64,000 nucleotides of DNA from Candidatus Desantisbacteria bacterium CG1_02_49_89 (GCA_001871075.1 MNUP01000033.1:437-64436); one strand, 5' to 3'; numbered from the stretch's first letter, positions 37,303 through 47,396 are shown. Numbers and translations: made by a program. The notes: generated by a model not told the origin, from the letters alone.

Positions 37303-38253
37303 CTATAAACTATGTAAACTTGTTATCGTGGTTTTCCGTGCGAGCCTGCTTACGTCGGCAGGGCGGCAAAGCGCTGTTCCCTTGCGGATCGACGAAGCTG
37401 TCCCGCAGGCAATGCCCTGCCGCAGGCTTTCCTCGATCCCCTTATTATTCATATATGCGTGCGTGAAACCCGCTACAACCGCATCACCGGACCCCACTCC
37501 GCTTCTTTTCAGCCTTACGGGCGGCCGAAGGCGCCACAACCTGCCTTTTGACGCTGCCATTATGCCCCTTGCTCCCCAGGAAATTATCGCTATTTCGCTG
37601 TGGCATGCAAGAATGCATGCGGCTTCCGCAAGTTCTTCTTCAGAACATATCCTGAAAACTCTGCCTGTGATCCTTTTAAGGAGCCTTTCGGCTTCGAATA
37701 TGTTCGGTTTGATCAAAAAGGGTTTTTCTTTTACCCCTCTGAAAAATGGCTCACCGTCGCTGTCAAGGACCGTTTTTGTACCCGTCCGGCGCATCAGCCT
37801 GATGATGCGGGCGTAAATATCTTCGTCTGTCCCCGCGGGTATGCTGCCTGATATTATAAGGCAGTCCCTTCGGGTAAGCGCTGATAGTTTTGAAAACAGC
37901 TTCCTGAAATCGCCTGCCTTGACAGAAGGCCCGTCTTCGTTTATTTTTATCTGCCCGCGTTTCCCGGTTATTTCTATGCTGATGTTGGAGCGGTTATCGC
38001 CTGCTATCCTGACAAAATCAGTCCGGACGCCTTCTTTTTTCAACAGTTCGCAGATCTTGGTTCCCGTGTACCCGCCTATAAATCCGTATGCAACCGTGCT
38101 TCCTTTAAGCCTGCGGATAATGCGGGAAATATTAATTCCCTTTCCTCCGGGATCCCTCTGTATCTCAGGTACCCTGTTTATATCCCTGAGATCGACTTTT
38201 TTCAAAGAAGCTGTCAGGTCCAAAGATGGGTTGAGCGTTAAGGTCGCTATCAT
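37303..38253 (-). CDS. PfkB-family sugar kinase (1-phosphofructokinase/tagatose-6-P kinase-like)
   Basis: MIATLTLNPSLDL...DPGGKGINISR N-terminus. C-terminal DTVGAGD-like GVGSGDAVVAGF. Confidence 0.75.
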   Translation of the reverse strand: MIATLTLNPSLDLTASLKKVDLRDINRVPEIQRDPGGKGINISRIIRRLKGSTVAYGFIGGYTGTKICELLKKEGVRTDFVRIAGDNRSNISIEITGKRGQIKINEDGPSVKAGDFRKLFSKLSALTRRDCLIISGSIPAGTDEDIYARIIRLMRRTGTKTVLDSDGEPFFRGVKEKPFLIKPNIFEAERLLKRITGRVFRICSEEELAEAACILACHSEIAIISWGARGIMAASKGRLWRLRPPVRLKRSGVGSGDAVVAGFTHAYMNNKGIEESLRQGIACGTASSIRKGTALCRPADVSRLARKTTITSLHSL

Positions 38254-38352
38254 AACTTCAGATCCTGGATACTGGATGCAAGATGCTGGATAAAATCAAT
38301 TTGAAGGTTGTGTGGGAATAAAAACCGAAAATAGAACAATGGAAAATAGACC

Positions 38353-38439
38353 GTCCCGACCGTAGCCCGCCACGGTTATTGGCGGGCGCAGGTCCCTGTG
38401 TTAAGTTCCGGATTTATAGGAACTACAGGGATCGGGACT
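38353..38439. repeat. Structured element, copy 1
   Basis: GTCCCGACCGTAGCCCGCCACGGTTATTGGCGGGCGCAGGTCCCTGTGTTAAGTTCCGGATTTATAGGAACTACAGGGATCGGGAC. It is 95% identical to 54175-54260. Confidence 0.45.
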
Positions 38440-38568
38440 CCAGATTCTTCGCGGAGCGAATGCAAGTAAGCAAACACTGAGAATAGAGAATTGAAAATAG
38501 ACCGCAATGTCGCTTTGTCTTTTCTATTCTCGATTTTCTATTGCTCCATTGCTCTAGTCCCGATCTTA

Positions 38569-38650
38569 TATCGGGACTGCCGAGGGCGGGATTTGAACCC
38601 GCAAGGGTTACCCCATACGCCCCTTAAACGTACGTGTCTGCCAGTTCCAC
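38569..38650 (-). tRNA. tRNA-Leu (type II, long variable arm). The anticodon loop is unusual; best parses are AAG or TAA.
   Basis: GCCGAGGTGGTGGAACTGGCAGACACGTACGTTTAAGGGGCGTATGGGGTAACCCTTGCGGGTTCAAATCCCGCCCTCGGCA. D-arm, T-arm and acceptor are canonical Leu-like. The anticodon stem-loop folds as either a 7-nt loop TTAAGGG or a 9-nt loop. Confidence 0.7.
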
Positions 38651-38707
38651 CACCTCGGCTAATAATCTATTGCTCTATTTTCTATTGCTCTGCTTGAAGG
38701 GGTTTAT

Positions 38708-39685
38708 CTAATAATTAATACATCTTACGAAGTGTCCTTTACTAACTTCTTTAAAGTCAATACTATTGCTTTTGCATTTATCCGAAGATTTTTGGCATCT
38801 CCCGTAGTACTTACAGCAGCAGTCTTCGAAGGTCTTGTCCGTATCTCCGGTATCCGTATTTATTCCTACTCCTTTTTCTTCTGCCAACCCCCCGGCGCTG
38901 GCAAGCAGGAGTTTTGTATAAGGATGGAGCGGGTTATCGTACATTTCGGAAGCAGGCGCTGTTTCCATTATCCTGCCTGCATACATGACCGCGATCCTGT
39001 CGCTTATATACCTTACAACCCCCAGGTCGTGCGATATGAAAAGGTAAGTCAGAGAAAATTTCCTCTGCAGTTCGACCATCAGGTTTATTATCTGCGCCTG
39101 AATGGATACGTCCAGAGAGGAAACAGGTTCGTCAGCCACAATAAATTCGGGGTTTATAGCAAGGGCTCTTGCTATACCGATCCTCTGGCGCTGGCCGCCG
39201 GAGAACTCGTGGGGATACTTATTCATGTCGTTCCTGTCAAGCCCCACAAGGTCCAGCAGTCCGCAGGCCCTATTCTTGATATCCGCCGGCGGAATGCCGT
39301 GAACGCGCAGTATCTCATTCAGAACCGATTTCAGGGTGAGCCTTGGGTTCAGAGAGGCGTAAGGGTCCTGAAAAATGATCTGCATCCTGCCGCGGATCTT
39401 TCTCAGATCTTTCTTGCTCAACTCTCTGAGATTAACGCCATCAAAATAAATATCCCCCTCATCAGGCTCAATGAGCCGCAGGATCAGCCTTGCAAGCGTT
39501 GATTTCCCGCAGCCTGACTCCCCTACCAGTCCCAGGGTTTCGCCCCTGGAAATATTGAGCGTTACCTTGTTAACAGCCCTGACAAACCCTCTGTTCCCGC
39601 GGAGGTTTTTTTCAACAGGAAAAAATTTGCTGAGATCCCTTGTTTCTAACAGAAAACCATTGTTGCCGGAACCGTTGTTCTGCAT
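38708..39685 (-). CDS. Oligopeptide/dipeptide-type ABC transporter ATP-binding protein (OppF/DppF-like)
   Basis: Walker A GESGCGKST. LSGGQRQRIGIARAL. Cys-rich C-terminal Opp-type extension. No permease partner is adjacent. Confidence 0.8.
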   Translation of the reverse strand: MQNNGSGNNGFLLETRDLSKFFPVEKNLRGNRGFVRAVNKVTLNISRGETLGLVGESGCGKSTLARLILRLIEPDEGDIYFDGVNLRELSKKDLRKIRGRMQIIFQDPYASLNPRLTLKSVLNEILRVHGIPPADIKNRACGLLDLVGLDRNDMNKYPHEFSGGQRQRIGIARALAINPEFIVADEPVSSLDVSIQAQIINLMVELQRKFSLTYLFISHDLGVVRYISDRIAVMYAGRIMETAPASEMYDNPLHPYTKLLLASAGGLAEEKGVGINTDTGDTDKTFEDCCCKYYGRCQKSSDKCKSNSIDFKEVSKGHFVRCINY

Positions 39686-39699
39686 AATTGCCGTAAGGC

Positions 39700-40569
39700 T
39701 CAGCCGTTACCAAGCGTTTTTAAAAGGGCTTTTCGCATAATATCGACAGGCGCCTGCCGGCCTGTCCAGATCTCAAATGCGAGAGCGCCCTGGTATAAAA
39801 GCATGCCCAGACCGTTGGAAGTTTGTATCCCGCATGAAGCCGCTGTCCTGAGAAGCCTGGTTTTCGCGGGGCTGTAAATAACGTCATAGACCAACTGCAA
39901 AGAACCGGCTTTTTTAAAAAATTCGCACGGGAGAAGAACAGGATCGTCTGCGTGCATTCCTACCGGAGTGGTATTGACCAGAAGGTGGATCCGGCCTGCT
40001 TCCGCGACAGGCACTGATCTGCCGAGAAGGAAAGTTCTTATATTTATTCCCAGGCGTTTTTTTACATCGCCTGCCAGCTGTTTTAACTCCTGTTTTATGG
40101 GGCTTGTGACAGTGATCTCACCGGCTCCGCATGATGCCAGTTTTATTACAACCGCCCTTGCTGCCCCTCCTGCCCCGAGTATCAGGACATTCTTTTTGCG
40201 GGGGTTGAAATTACAGTCTTTCTTCAGGGAAAGGATAAAGCCTTTCCCGTCCGTGTTATACCCGAAAAGACCGCCCGCATTTACCTTTACCGTATTTACC
40301 GCGCCGATCAATTTTACCTCTCTGTCCCGCCAGCTGAGGTATTTTAAGGCATCCACTTTATGCGGGATCGTCAGGTTCACTCCCTTTATATCCAGCGCAA
40401 ACAGACCCTTAAGGGCTATCCCGAGGCCTGATCTGCTCACGTGGAACGGAACATAGGCATAATCGAGGCCCAGGCTGCGGAATGCGGCATTGTGCATAGA
40501 AGGAGACAGGCTGTGCTCAACCGGGTCCCCGAAAATCCCTACAATTCTGGTCCTGCCGCTTATATCCAT
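39700..40569 (-). CDS. aroE: Shikimate 5-dehydrogenase
   Basis: GIFGDPVEHSLSPSMHNAAF N-terminus. GAGGAARA NADP motif. Confidence 0.8.
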   Translation of the reverse strand: MDISGRTRIVGIFGDPVEHSLSPSMHNAAFRSLGLDYAYVPFHVSRSGLGIALKGLFALDIKGVNLTIPHKVDALKYLSWRDREVKLIGAVNTVKVNAGGLFGYNTDGKGFILSLKKDCNFNPRKKNVLILGAGGAARAVVIKLASCGAGEITVTSPIKQELKQLAGDVKKRLGINIRTFLLGRSVPVAEAGRIHLLVNTTPVGMHADDPVLLPCEFFKKAGSLQLVYDVIYSPAKTRLLRTAASCGIQTSNGLGMLLYQGALAFEIWTGRQAPVDIMRKALLKTLGNG

Positions 40570-40570
40570 T

Positions 40571-40912
40571 CTATTGATGTTCCTTTTCTTCTGATCTTAA
40601 CTCGCACTTGCCGGTGAAATAGGCACCTTCCCTGATCGTGGAACTGCTTGCCCTGATGTCCCCCCTCAGTTCGCCGCCCGGCTGTATCTCAACGCCCTGT
40701 TTCGCTTCGACATTGCCGTCAAGCTTTCCGTAGATTATAAGGTTAGAGCATTTGACATCGGCTTTTATGACAGCGGTTTTCCCTATGATTATAGTGCTTC
40801 CTATGATATTCCCCGCAAATTTCCCGTCCAGGCGTATCATGCCGTCGCATATAAGCTCGCCGTTCAGGGTTGTTCCTTCGCCCAGGATCGTTTCGAATTT
40901 CTCTCCGTTCAT
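40571..40912 (-). CDS. Bactofilin (DUF583/CcmA-like)
   Basis: 113 aa with a repetitive beta-helical pattern (G.I.G...IIGK.A.IKADVKC..LIIYGKLDGNV). Confidence 0.75.
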   Translation of the reverse strand: MNGEKFETILGEGTTLNGELICDGMIRLDGKFAGNIIGSTIIIGKTAVIKADVKCSNLIIYGKLDGNVEAKQGVEIQPGGELRGDIRASSSTIREGAYFTGKCELRSEEKEHQ

Positions 40913-40913
40913 T

Positions 40914-41858
40914 TTAGTAGAGGTATTTAAACGGGTTCACGTGTTTGCCGTTCACCCGTATTTCATAATGCACGTGCGGACCTGTAGTGTGCCCGCTTGT
41001 CCCGACTTTTGCTATAATTTCGCCTTTTTTTACGAACTGCCCGGCTCTAACGGTGTTTGCGGAATTGTGGCCGTACCAGGTCTGTATGCCTCTTCCGTGG
41101 TCGATCACAACCAGCCTTCCATAGCTGGCTTTCCACCCGCTGAACTCCACCATGCCGTCAGCCGCCGACCTTATGGAAGAGCCGTATAATGTAGCTATAT
41201 CTATTCCCGAATGGAACTCCCTGTTGCCCTTGAATGTCCTCCAGCCATACCTGGAAGTTATCCATCCCCTTATCGGCCAGCGGTTGGGCGTTACCTTTAT
41301 GAAAGAGACTTGAGATTTCAGGAATTCGGTAAGGTCTGTGAGGACGTTCCTGCTGCCACGCAGCTCTTTTTTCAGCTTGTTGATGTCCTCGTCCAGTCTT
41401 TTTACAAGTTCGGGGTCGGGAGCGTCTGTTCCGCCGGTATAGGCGCCGATGCCCATTTTTTCCGCGCTTCTGGAATCCGCGTATGGAAGCGGCGGGGAAG
41501 GAGCTTTGCTGCGCTTCAGCACTCCTTTAAGGTCGCTTGCTTTTCTGTCCAGGTTCTTCAGCTCTCCCATCTGTTTCTTCAGACTTTCCACCTCTCTTGC
41601 GAATTCAAGGGTTTTCTGGACCTGGTCCTTGTAGATCTCCTCCCTTACGCGCAACTCGGTAACCTCGTTTTTAATGATCTTGTAATTTCTGGCAAAGAAA
41701 TACGTGCCGAACGCCAGGCCTATCAAAACGTAAAGGAATATCCTGCCTGTGCTGGTGGGAAGCTTCAGGTTGAATATCTTTTTGTTGTCATGCGGAACAA
41801 TAAGTATCGAAAAAAATTTCTTCTCTGCCATCCAATCTCCTTTATGTAACCTTATCAA
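40914..41858 (-). CDS. M23-family metallopeptidase (LytM domain) with N-terminal TM and coiled coil
   Basis: HSGIDIA...GHTTGPHVHYEIRVNG. It sits directly upstream of, and 2 nt from, the bactofilin gene. Confidence 0.8.
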   Translation of the reverse strand: MIRLHKGDWMAEKKFFSILIVPHDNKKIFNLKLPTSTGRIFLYVLIGLAFGTYFFARNYKIIKNEVTELRVREEIYKDQVQKTLEFAREVESLKKQMGELKNLDRKASDLKGVLKRSKAPSPPLPYADSRSAEKMGIGAYTGGTDAPDPELVKRLDEDINKLKKELRGSRNVLTDLTEFLKSQVSFIKVTPNRWPIRGWITSRYGWRTFKGNREFHSGIDIATLYGSSIRSAADGMVEFSGWKASYGRLVVIDHGRGIQTWYGHNSANTVRAGQFVKKGEIIAKVGTSGHTTGPHVHYEIRVNGKHVNPFKYLY

Positions 41859-41928
41859 TTAATATAGTATTCTTATATTATATATGCTTTTTTCTGTCTG
41901 TCAAGAGAAAAAATCATCCAGCGATTGT

Positions 41929-42900
41929 TCAGCCCAGCCTTACGCTCTTGCCGGTCTCCATGGATCTGTTCGCTGCCAGGGTCACTTCAAGGGTTTTTGC
42001 AGCATCCTCATAAGGAGACCTGATCTTTGAACCATCCCTTGTCCTTACCGCCTCAATGAAGGTACTGTCGATCGCAACACCCGTGTTGTTCCCCAGCGGG
42101 AATGATTCATCGCGCCCCTGCCCGACTATCCTCAGCGAATTCCTTTCCTTGTATTCAATATAAAGGTCCTCTGTGTAAATATCAAGCCCGACCTTTGATG
42201 CCGGATAATCGAAGAAATCCGCGGAGAAGATGGTAACCACCGGGCCGCTTTTCATCTTAAGCGTGACCGCTGACGCGTCTTCAATATCGCACTTCTCTAC
42301 CTTAGGCGCCATTATGCCCTTTGATCCTGCCGCGTAAACTTCCGAAACTTCGCCGAACAGGTACCTTGCCAGGTCGAAAGTATGTATTGTCTGCTCTACT
42401 GCCTGGCCTCCTGAAAGTTTCTTTTCCCTCCACCAGTATACCATGGGAAACCCGCCCATAAAATACCCCATCACAAGGCCTACTTTCTTGTTCTTAAGCA
42501 AACCTTTTATCCTGTCCACGTTGTCTTCGTACCTGTCCTGGTGGCCTACAGCCGAAAGCACCTTGTTCTTTTTTATCGCCGCTATGACCTTTTTTGCCTT
42601 ATCCATGCTCAGGGCCGTGGGTTTTTCCACGAAGATATTAATGCCTTTTTCGCATACCGCTATTTCCTGGTCTTCATGCGCGAAAGGAGGCAGGCATACG
42701 TAGCAGGCGTCCATCTTTTCTTTATTCAGCATGTCCTTGTAGTTTGTATAATGGGGGCATTTGAACTCTTCCGCCATTTTCTTCGCCTTTTGTTCATCCA
42801 CGTCGCAGAAAGAAACAAACTGCACGTCTTTCACCTGCTTCAGGTTACTCACATGGAACTGCGCGATCCCGCCGGACCCTATAAAACCTACCCTTGTCAT
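41929..42900 (-). CDS. Gfo/Idh/MocA-family NAD(P)-dependent oxidoreductase
   Basis: MTRVGFIGSGGIAQFH Rossmann N-terminus. EKP motif (IFVEKPTAL). Confidence 0.75.
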   Translation of the reverse strand: MTRVGFIGSGGIAQFHVSNLKQVKDVQFVSFCDVDEQKAKKMAEEFKCPHYTNYKDMLNKEKMDACYVCLPPFAHEDQEIAVCEKGINIFVEKPTALSMDKAKKVIAAIKKNKVLSAVGHQDRYEDNVDRIKGLLKNKKVGLVMGYFMGGFPMVYWWREKKLSGGQAVEQTIHTFDLARYLFGEVSEVYAAGSKGIMAPKVEKCDIEDASAVTLKMKSGPVVTIFSADFFDYPASKVGLDIYTEDLYIEYKERNSLRIVGQGRDESFPLGNNTGVAIDSTFIEAVRTRDGSKIRSPYEDAAKTLEVTLAANRSMETGKSVRLG

Positions 42901-43006
42901 TTCTCTCTCCTTTTATTTGATGTCAGCGATAAAAATAGATTTCAGCGATTTAAACCCATTTTAATTCATCGCTGCCATCGTTTCTGCTATCGCTGTAATC
43001 AATATT

Positions 43007-43801
43007 TCAGTCGCAGACGCCTTTCCCAGCGTCTATGCAGCTTTGCAGCGCTTCTTTTGAAGGCTTCAAAGGCAAGAACTCAAGCCCGATGTAGCCGCTG
43101 AAGCCAGTTTCCTTTATCTTTTGGATTATGTTCCTGTAGTTAAGCTCCCCTGTTCCGAACTCGTGCCTGCCCGGGACATCCGCCGAATGGAAATGCCCTA
43201 TAAGGCCTATGTTCTCCGCTACGTTCTGTATTATGTTCCCTTCCGTTATCTGCTGGTGGTAAATGTCATAAAGCAATTTCACGCTTTTGCTTCCGGTTTC
43301 TTTTATAACCTGGAACCCTTCAAGTGAAGTGCTCAGGTAATATCCCTTGTGGTCCACCAGGATGTTAAGCGGCTCCAGCACAAGCGTTACCCCCGCGCTT
43401 TCCGCTGCCGGTGCGGCTGCTTTCAGCGAATTGACGATGCTTTCATGCTGCGCCTGCCTCGGAACTCCGGCCATTTCTTTGCCGGTCGTCACGATCAGGG
43501 TTGTCACGGATAATTTCTTTGCGGCAGTAATTGTTTCTTCAACTGCTTTCACGAACGCACCCTTGTTTTTCGGATCTACTATCTGCAGGAACGGGTCAAT
43601 GCCGAAACTGGAGATCTTCATCCTGTTTTTTTCAATTTTCCGCAGGATCCCTTCCATATCCTTGTTCTTCCAACCCCAGAACTCGCATGCGGAAAAACCC
43701 ATTTTGGCATAAGCGTCTATCCTGTCCGTAAACTCCAGTTCCCTGAAAATTATTTCAGCGCACGGCGAAAGCCTGAGCATAACACTCTCCTTTTTACACA
43801 C
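43007..43801 (-). CDS. Sugar-phosphate isomerase/epimerase (xylose-isomerase-like TIM barrel; hydroxypyruvate-isomerase-like)
   Basis: AP-endonuclease-2/XI-like TIM pattern. 264 aa. Confidence 0.65.
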   Translation of the reverse strand: MCKKESVMLRLSPCAEIIFRELEFTDRIDAYAKMGFSACEFWGWKNKDMEGILRKIEKNRMKISSFGIDPFLQIVDPKNKGAFVKAVEETITAAKKLSVTTLIVTTGKEMAGVPRQAQHESIVNSLKAAAPAAESAGVTLVLEPLNILVDHKGYYLSTSLEGFQVIKETGSKSVKLLYDIYHQQITEGNIIQNVAENIGLIGHFHSADVPGRHEFGTGELNYRNIIQKIKETGFSGYIGLEFLPLKPSKEALQSCIDAGKGVCD

Positions 43802-45035
43802 CTTCGGCTGTTTTTAATATTATCCCGGCCAGCCTTGCGGCTGCACCGCCCTCTCCCATTACTTCCTTTAACCTGGCAGACATACCGGCCCTGAGCTCAC
43901 TGTTCCTGATCAATTCCGATGCCTTCTCCAGCACCATACCAGGATCTACAAAATCCTTTATTTCGGGCACGACTTCCTGTCCGGCTTTCTGATTTGGTAT
44001 GGCGGTATATTTCAGCCGCATGCCGAAATCCAGCACGAGTTTTTTCTTAAGGATCCTGCCTATCAGGGGTATATACTGGACGTATCCTGCGATCCCATCA
44101 AGCGGTATTTCTTCGGGTTTGTTTAAAGGCACCACTACGATCATGGGGCAGCCTGCTGCCGCGATCTGCGCCGTATTTGTGCCCGGTATGGTCAATATAA
44201 GGTCGCAGGCGTTCATTACGTCATACGGCATTTCCTGGGCCCGGATGACCCTTGTTCCGTCTTCCGTTGTTATCAGGCCGTCCGCGAATTCCGCTTTTAT
44301 CCCTTCAAGCGCGCCGTTCTGTCCCCCGGCCTTAACGGCTTCTGACAGCTGGCTGTCAGTTACAAAGGAAGCGCGGCTCAGGACAAACCTGCTTTCCGGG
44401 AATTTTCCGCGGATCAGGCTGCAGCATTTAAGAAAAAAAGATGTCATGTGTTTTATCTGGTAAGGCCTGCTTCCCGGAAATATCCCTACCAGGATCTCGT
44501 TTTTTGCAGCACCGCACCTGCTTCTTGATTCTTCTCTGGAAAGACCGGGTTTCACGGCTTCAACGAAAAGATCTCCCGCAATTTCTATCTTTCCCGCATC
44601 AATACCCTTTTCAGAAAGCCTCTTTTTGCTGTTTTCGTCAGTGACAATGAATTTTCTAAAAAACGCGTTATAGAACCTGCCGGCGTCATGGGTGTATGCC
44701 ACGGCCGGGTAACCGAGGCGCCCGGAGATCAGGACCGAGTGCATGTAATCGCTTCCGAGGTGGACAAGAACGCCCTTCTTTGCGAACCCGCCCTTTACCC
44801 CTTTGTTAAGGAAAAGGAATTTTAGGTATTCACCCGGGCTGAAGACATGATCGACCCCGGGAATATTTTTCGCTATCTCTGTTTCTGTCCCGCTCGCATA
44901 CTGGCAATACGGTATAAATATAATTATCCTGTCACGTTCGACGTCCGACGTTCGACGTTCGACGATTTCTTTAACAACAGGCGTCACCCACCCTTTGATC
45001 TCGCCGGGGCTGTTCGTCACGATCACTATATCCAT
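43794..45035 (-). CDS. Lipid-A-disaccharide synthase (LpxB)-like glycosyltransferase (GT19-like)
   Basis: N-terminal IVTNSPGEIKGW resembles the LpxB GE.SGD motif. 413 aa. It contains the in-frame heptamer array (CGTTCGA)x4. The family call is uncertain. Confidence 0.45.
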   Translation of the reverse strand: MDIVIVTNSPGEIKGWVTPVVKEIVERRTSDVERDRIIIFIPYCQYASGTETEIAKNIPGVDHVFSPGEYLKFLFLNKGVKGGFAKKGVLVHLGSDYMHSVLISGRLGYPAVAYTHDAGRFYNAFFRKFIVTDENSKKRLSEKGIDAGKIEIAGDLFVEAVKPGLSREESRSRCGAAKNEILVGIFPGSRPYQIKHMTSFFLKCCSLIRGKFPESRFVLSRASFVTDSQLSEAVKAGGQNGALEGIKAEFADGLITTEDGTRVIRAQEMPYDVMNACDLILTIPGTNTAQIAAAGCPMIVVVPLNKPEEIPLDGIAGYVQYIPLIGRILKKKLVLDFGMRLKYTAIPNQKAGQEVVPEIKDFVDPGMVLEKASELIRNSELRAGMSARLKEVMGEGGAAARLAGIILKTAEGV

Positions 45036-45040
45036 TTTAG

Positions 45041-45071
<31 letters not shown>

Positions 45072-45140
45072 GTTAGATTATAATTATTTCATAATTTCTA
45101 TTTCTAACAAACTATAAAACGAACCAACTAACAAACTCTA

Positions 45141-46274
45141 TTAGTCCTGGACCCCGATCACCCATTGCCTGGCAAGCCAGGAACGGTCTATCCTGTATGC
45201 TTTTTCCGGGCACAGTTCATGGCAGCAGTAACAGCTGATACATTTCTTGTAGTTTATGCTTGCCTTTCCTTCAACCATTGTGATGGCCTTGACCGGGCAG
45301 TTCAGGAAACAAACCTTGCATCCGGTGCATTTTTCCCTGATGACAGCCGGATGCACCCACAGTAATTTTGTGGTAAGGAACTGGAAAAAGGGATAAACGA
45401 ACCTTGGGACTCTTTTTAGTATCTTATTGGCGTTGTCGACGCGCTCGAAATCAGGCACTTTACAATCCCGCAGGTTCTCGCCTTTTATTTCTATCTTTTC
45501 CAGCCTTCCCTCCCCTATCCCTTTCTGGTGGGCTATGCGGGTGGTGTCTATGTCCAGCGGGTTATAACCTATGATCTCCGAGGAAACAGCGTCAAGCGAA
45601 ACGCAGTCATAGCTCGCCATGATAAGCCCTATTTTTTTCGGTTTCCCGCCGGACGGACCATGGCCTTCCATCCCATATACCGCATCCATTACACCAAGCA
45701 CGGGTTTTTTAATGGAAAAAATTTCAACCATTCTTTCAGCGAAATCCTCGGGGTGCGGGTTTTTACAATGTATCTCGCCTTTGTAAAAACCCGGAAGTAT
45801 GCCGAACATGTTCTTTATGCATCCCGTGAACAACGTCAGGTTGTGGGTTTTGAGCTTCGGCAGGTCTATGATCGCGTCCATGCCGAAGATCGTATCTGCT
45901 ACGTAGAAATCTCCGTGCTTTACGGGTTTCGCAAGGCTCAGCAGCTCAGCTCCCTCTTCGAGCGCGACGTTCCTGAATCCCGCCACTTCCAGGGCTTTTG
46001 AAACGTTGGCGTAGGCGTTGCCGCAGTTGTCGCCGATAAAAGGCCTGGCGCCGCATTCCTTCACTATCCTTGTCACCGCGCGCAGCACCGACGGGTGCGT
46101 GGTTATGGCGCTGTCCGGCTTGCCTGCCAGAAGCAGGTTCGGCTTGAGAAGGACCTTCATGCCGGGCTTTATTTTTTCTTTAAGGTCGCCTATAAGAGAA
46201 AGAGCGTTTCTTACTGCCTTCTCGATCCTTTCGTTCTCATAAGTGTCACACCTGATGATCGATACAGTGCTCAT
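45141..46274 (-). CDS. DUF362-domain protein with C-terminal 2x[4Fe-4S] ferredoxin domain
   Basis: CTGCKVCFLNCP and CISCYCCHELCP cluster motifs. Confidence 0.7.
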   Translation of the reverse strand: MSTVSIIRCDTYENERIEKAVRNALSLIGDLKEKIKPGMKVLLKPNLLLAGKPDSAITTHPSVLRAVTRIVKECGARPFIGDNCGNAYANVSKALEVAGFRNVALEEGAELLSLAKPVKHGDFYVADTIFGMDAIIDLPKLKTHNLTLFTGCIKNMFGILPGFYKGEIHCKNPHPEDFAERMVEIFSIKKPVLGVMDAVYGMEGHGPSGGKPKKIGLIMASYDCVSLDAVSSEIIGYNPLDIDTTRIAHQKGIGEGRLEKIEIKGENLRDCKVPDFERVDNANKILKRVPRFVYPFFQFLTTKLLWVHPAVIREKCTGCKVCFLNCPVKAITMVEGKASINYKKCISCYCCHELCPEKAYRIDRSWLARQWVIGVQD

Positions 46275-46290
46275 AGCGGGATCCTTTGCG

Positions 46291-46812
46291 TCATGTCCAG
46301 CCGTCTATTACCCTCTTGACCACCCTCTTAGAAAGCTTCTGGATAACCTCTTCTATTGCGTCATTTTCCAGTTCTACCTCCAGACCGCCTGTTAAGGATG
46401 AAACCGTGGTGAAATTCTCCAAGTTATCCTCACGCCACAGGACATTGTTTTCTTTTACGTCCTTCAGCCAGAAAGACAGCACCATGCGGACCTTATATTC
46501 CTGCACCTTCATCTGCTCCGTGTAAGACAGGGGCTGCAGGTCATACCGGGAAATTTCCCCGTAAAGAACTGCGTCCGCTTCCTTTTCGCCGGCAACGGTC
46601 AGCCTTCCGTCAATAATGAACTCCCTGGTAACTGACTGCAGTATTTTTTCCGGGAGGTCGGGCCTGTAGCTCTTATTTTCAAACCCCGTTATGCAGATCT
46701 TTTTTATATAAACAGGAAGAGGGAAAAACGTATCATAGGTGCAACCGTTTAAAAACAGCGCCAGGCAACAACTGACAAGTAACAAGTAGATACCGCGGGA
46801 TTTCGTACTCAT
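46291..46812 (-). CDS. Lipoprotein, possibly LptE-like
   Basis: Signal peptide with lipobox (LFLNGC). Size and position upstream of pth. Weak family evidence. Confidence 0.4.
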   Translation of the reverse strand: MSTKSRGIYLLLVSCCLALFLNGCTYDTFFPLPVYIKKICITGFENKSYRPDLPEKILQSVTREFIIDGRLTVAGEKEADAVLYGEISRYDLQPLSYTEQMKVQEYKVRMVLSFWLKDVKENNVLWREDNLENFTTVSSLTGGLEVELENDAIEEVIQKLSKRVVKRVIDGWT

Positions 46813-47384
46813 TACTCCCTCCTGTTATATTTATTCATCGCTTTTTCAACACCATCGCTGATCATCGAAGCAACGGATCCGGATGCCGTTGAAACGGCTT
46901 TACTTATTTTCTCGCTGTCGTCCGCCCGCGCGCTTCCCAGCACGTAACCGACGGCGGTTTCCCGCCCCGGAGGAGGTTTGCCTATTCCCACGCGGACCCT
47001 CACGAAATCCGGGGTACCTACGCATGCTATTATAGATTCGATCCCCTTGTGTCCTGCGCTGCTGCCGCCCTGGCTTATCCTTATCCTTCCGGGCTCAAGG
47101 TCCATGTCATCGTGGATCACTATCAGGTCTGAGGCCGGTATCCGGTAATAACCGAGAAGGTATGCTACCGGGCCTCCGCTGTTGTTCATAAAAGCCGACG
47201 GCTTGGCAAGTATTACGTCCTCTTCCCCTATTTTTCCCTTTCCCGCAAAACCCCGGGCTTTTTTTGACTCGGAAAAAGTGACCGAATACTCAGACGCAAG
47301 CCTGTCCGCGACCATGAAACCGATGTTGTGAAGGGTATTTTCGTATTTCTTGCCAGGATTTCCCAGACCGACAATAAGCTTCAT
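46812..47384 (-). CDS. pth: Peptidyl-tRNA hydrolase
   Basis: MKLIVGLGNPGKKYENTLHNIGF. Confidence 0.9.
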   Translation of the reverse strand: MKLIVGLGNPGKKYENTLHNIGFMVADRLASEYSVTFSESKKARGFAGKGKIGEEDVILAKPSAFMNNSGGPVAYLLGYYRIPASDLIVIHDDMDLEPGRIRISQGGSSAGHKGIESIIACVGTPDFVRVRVGIGKPPPGRETAVGYVLGSARADDSEKISKAVSTASGSVASMISDGVEKAMNKYNRRE

Positions 47385-47396
47385 AGGCTGTGTATT

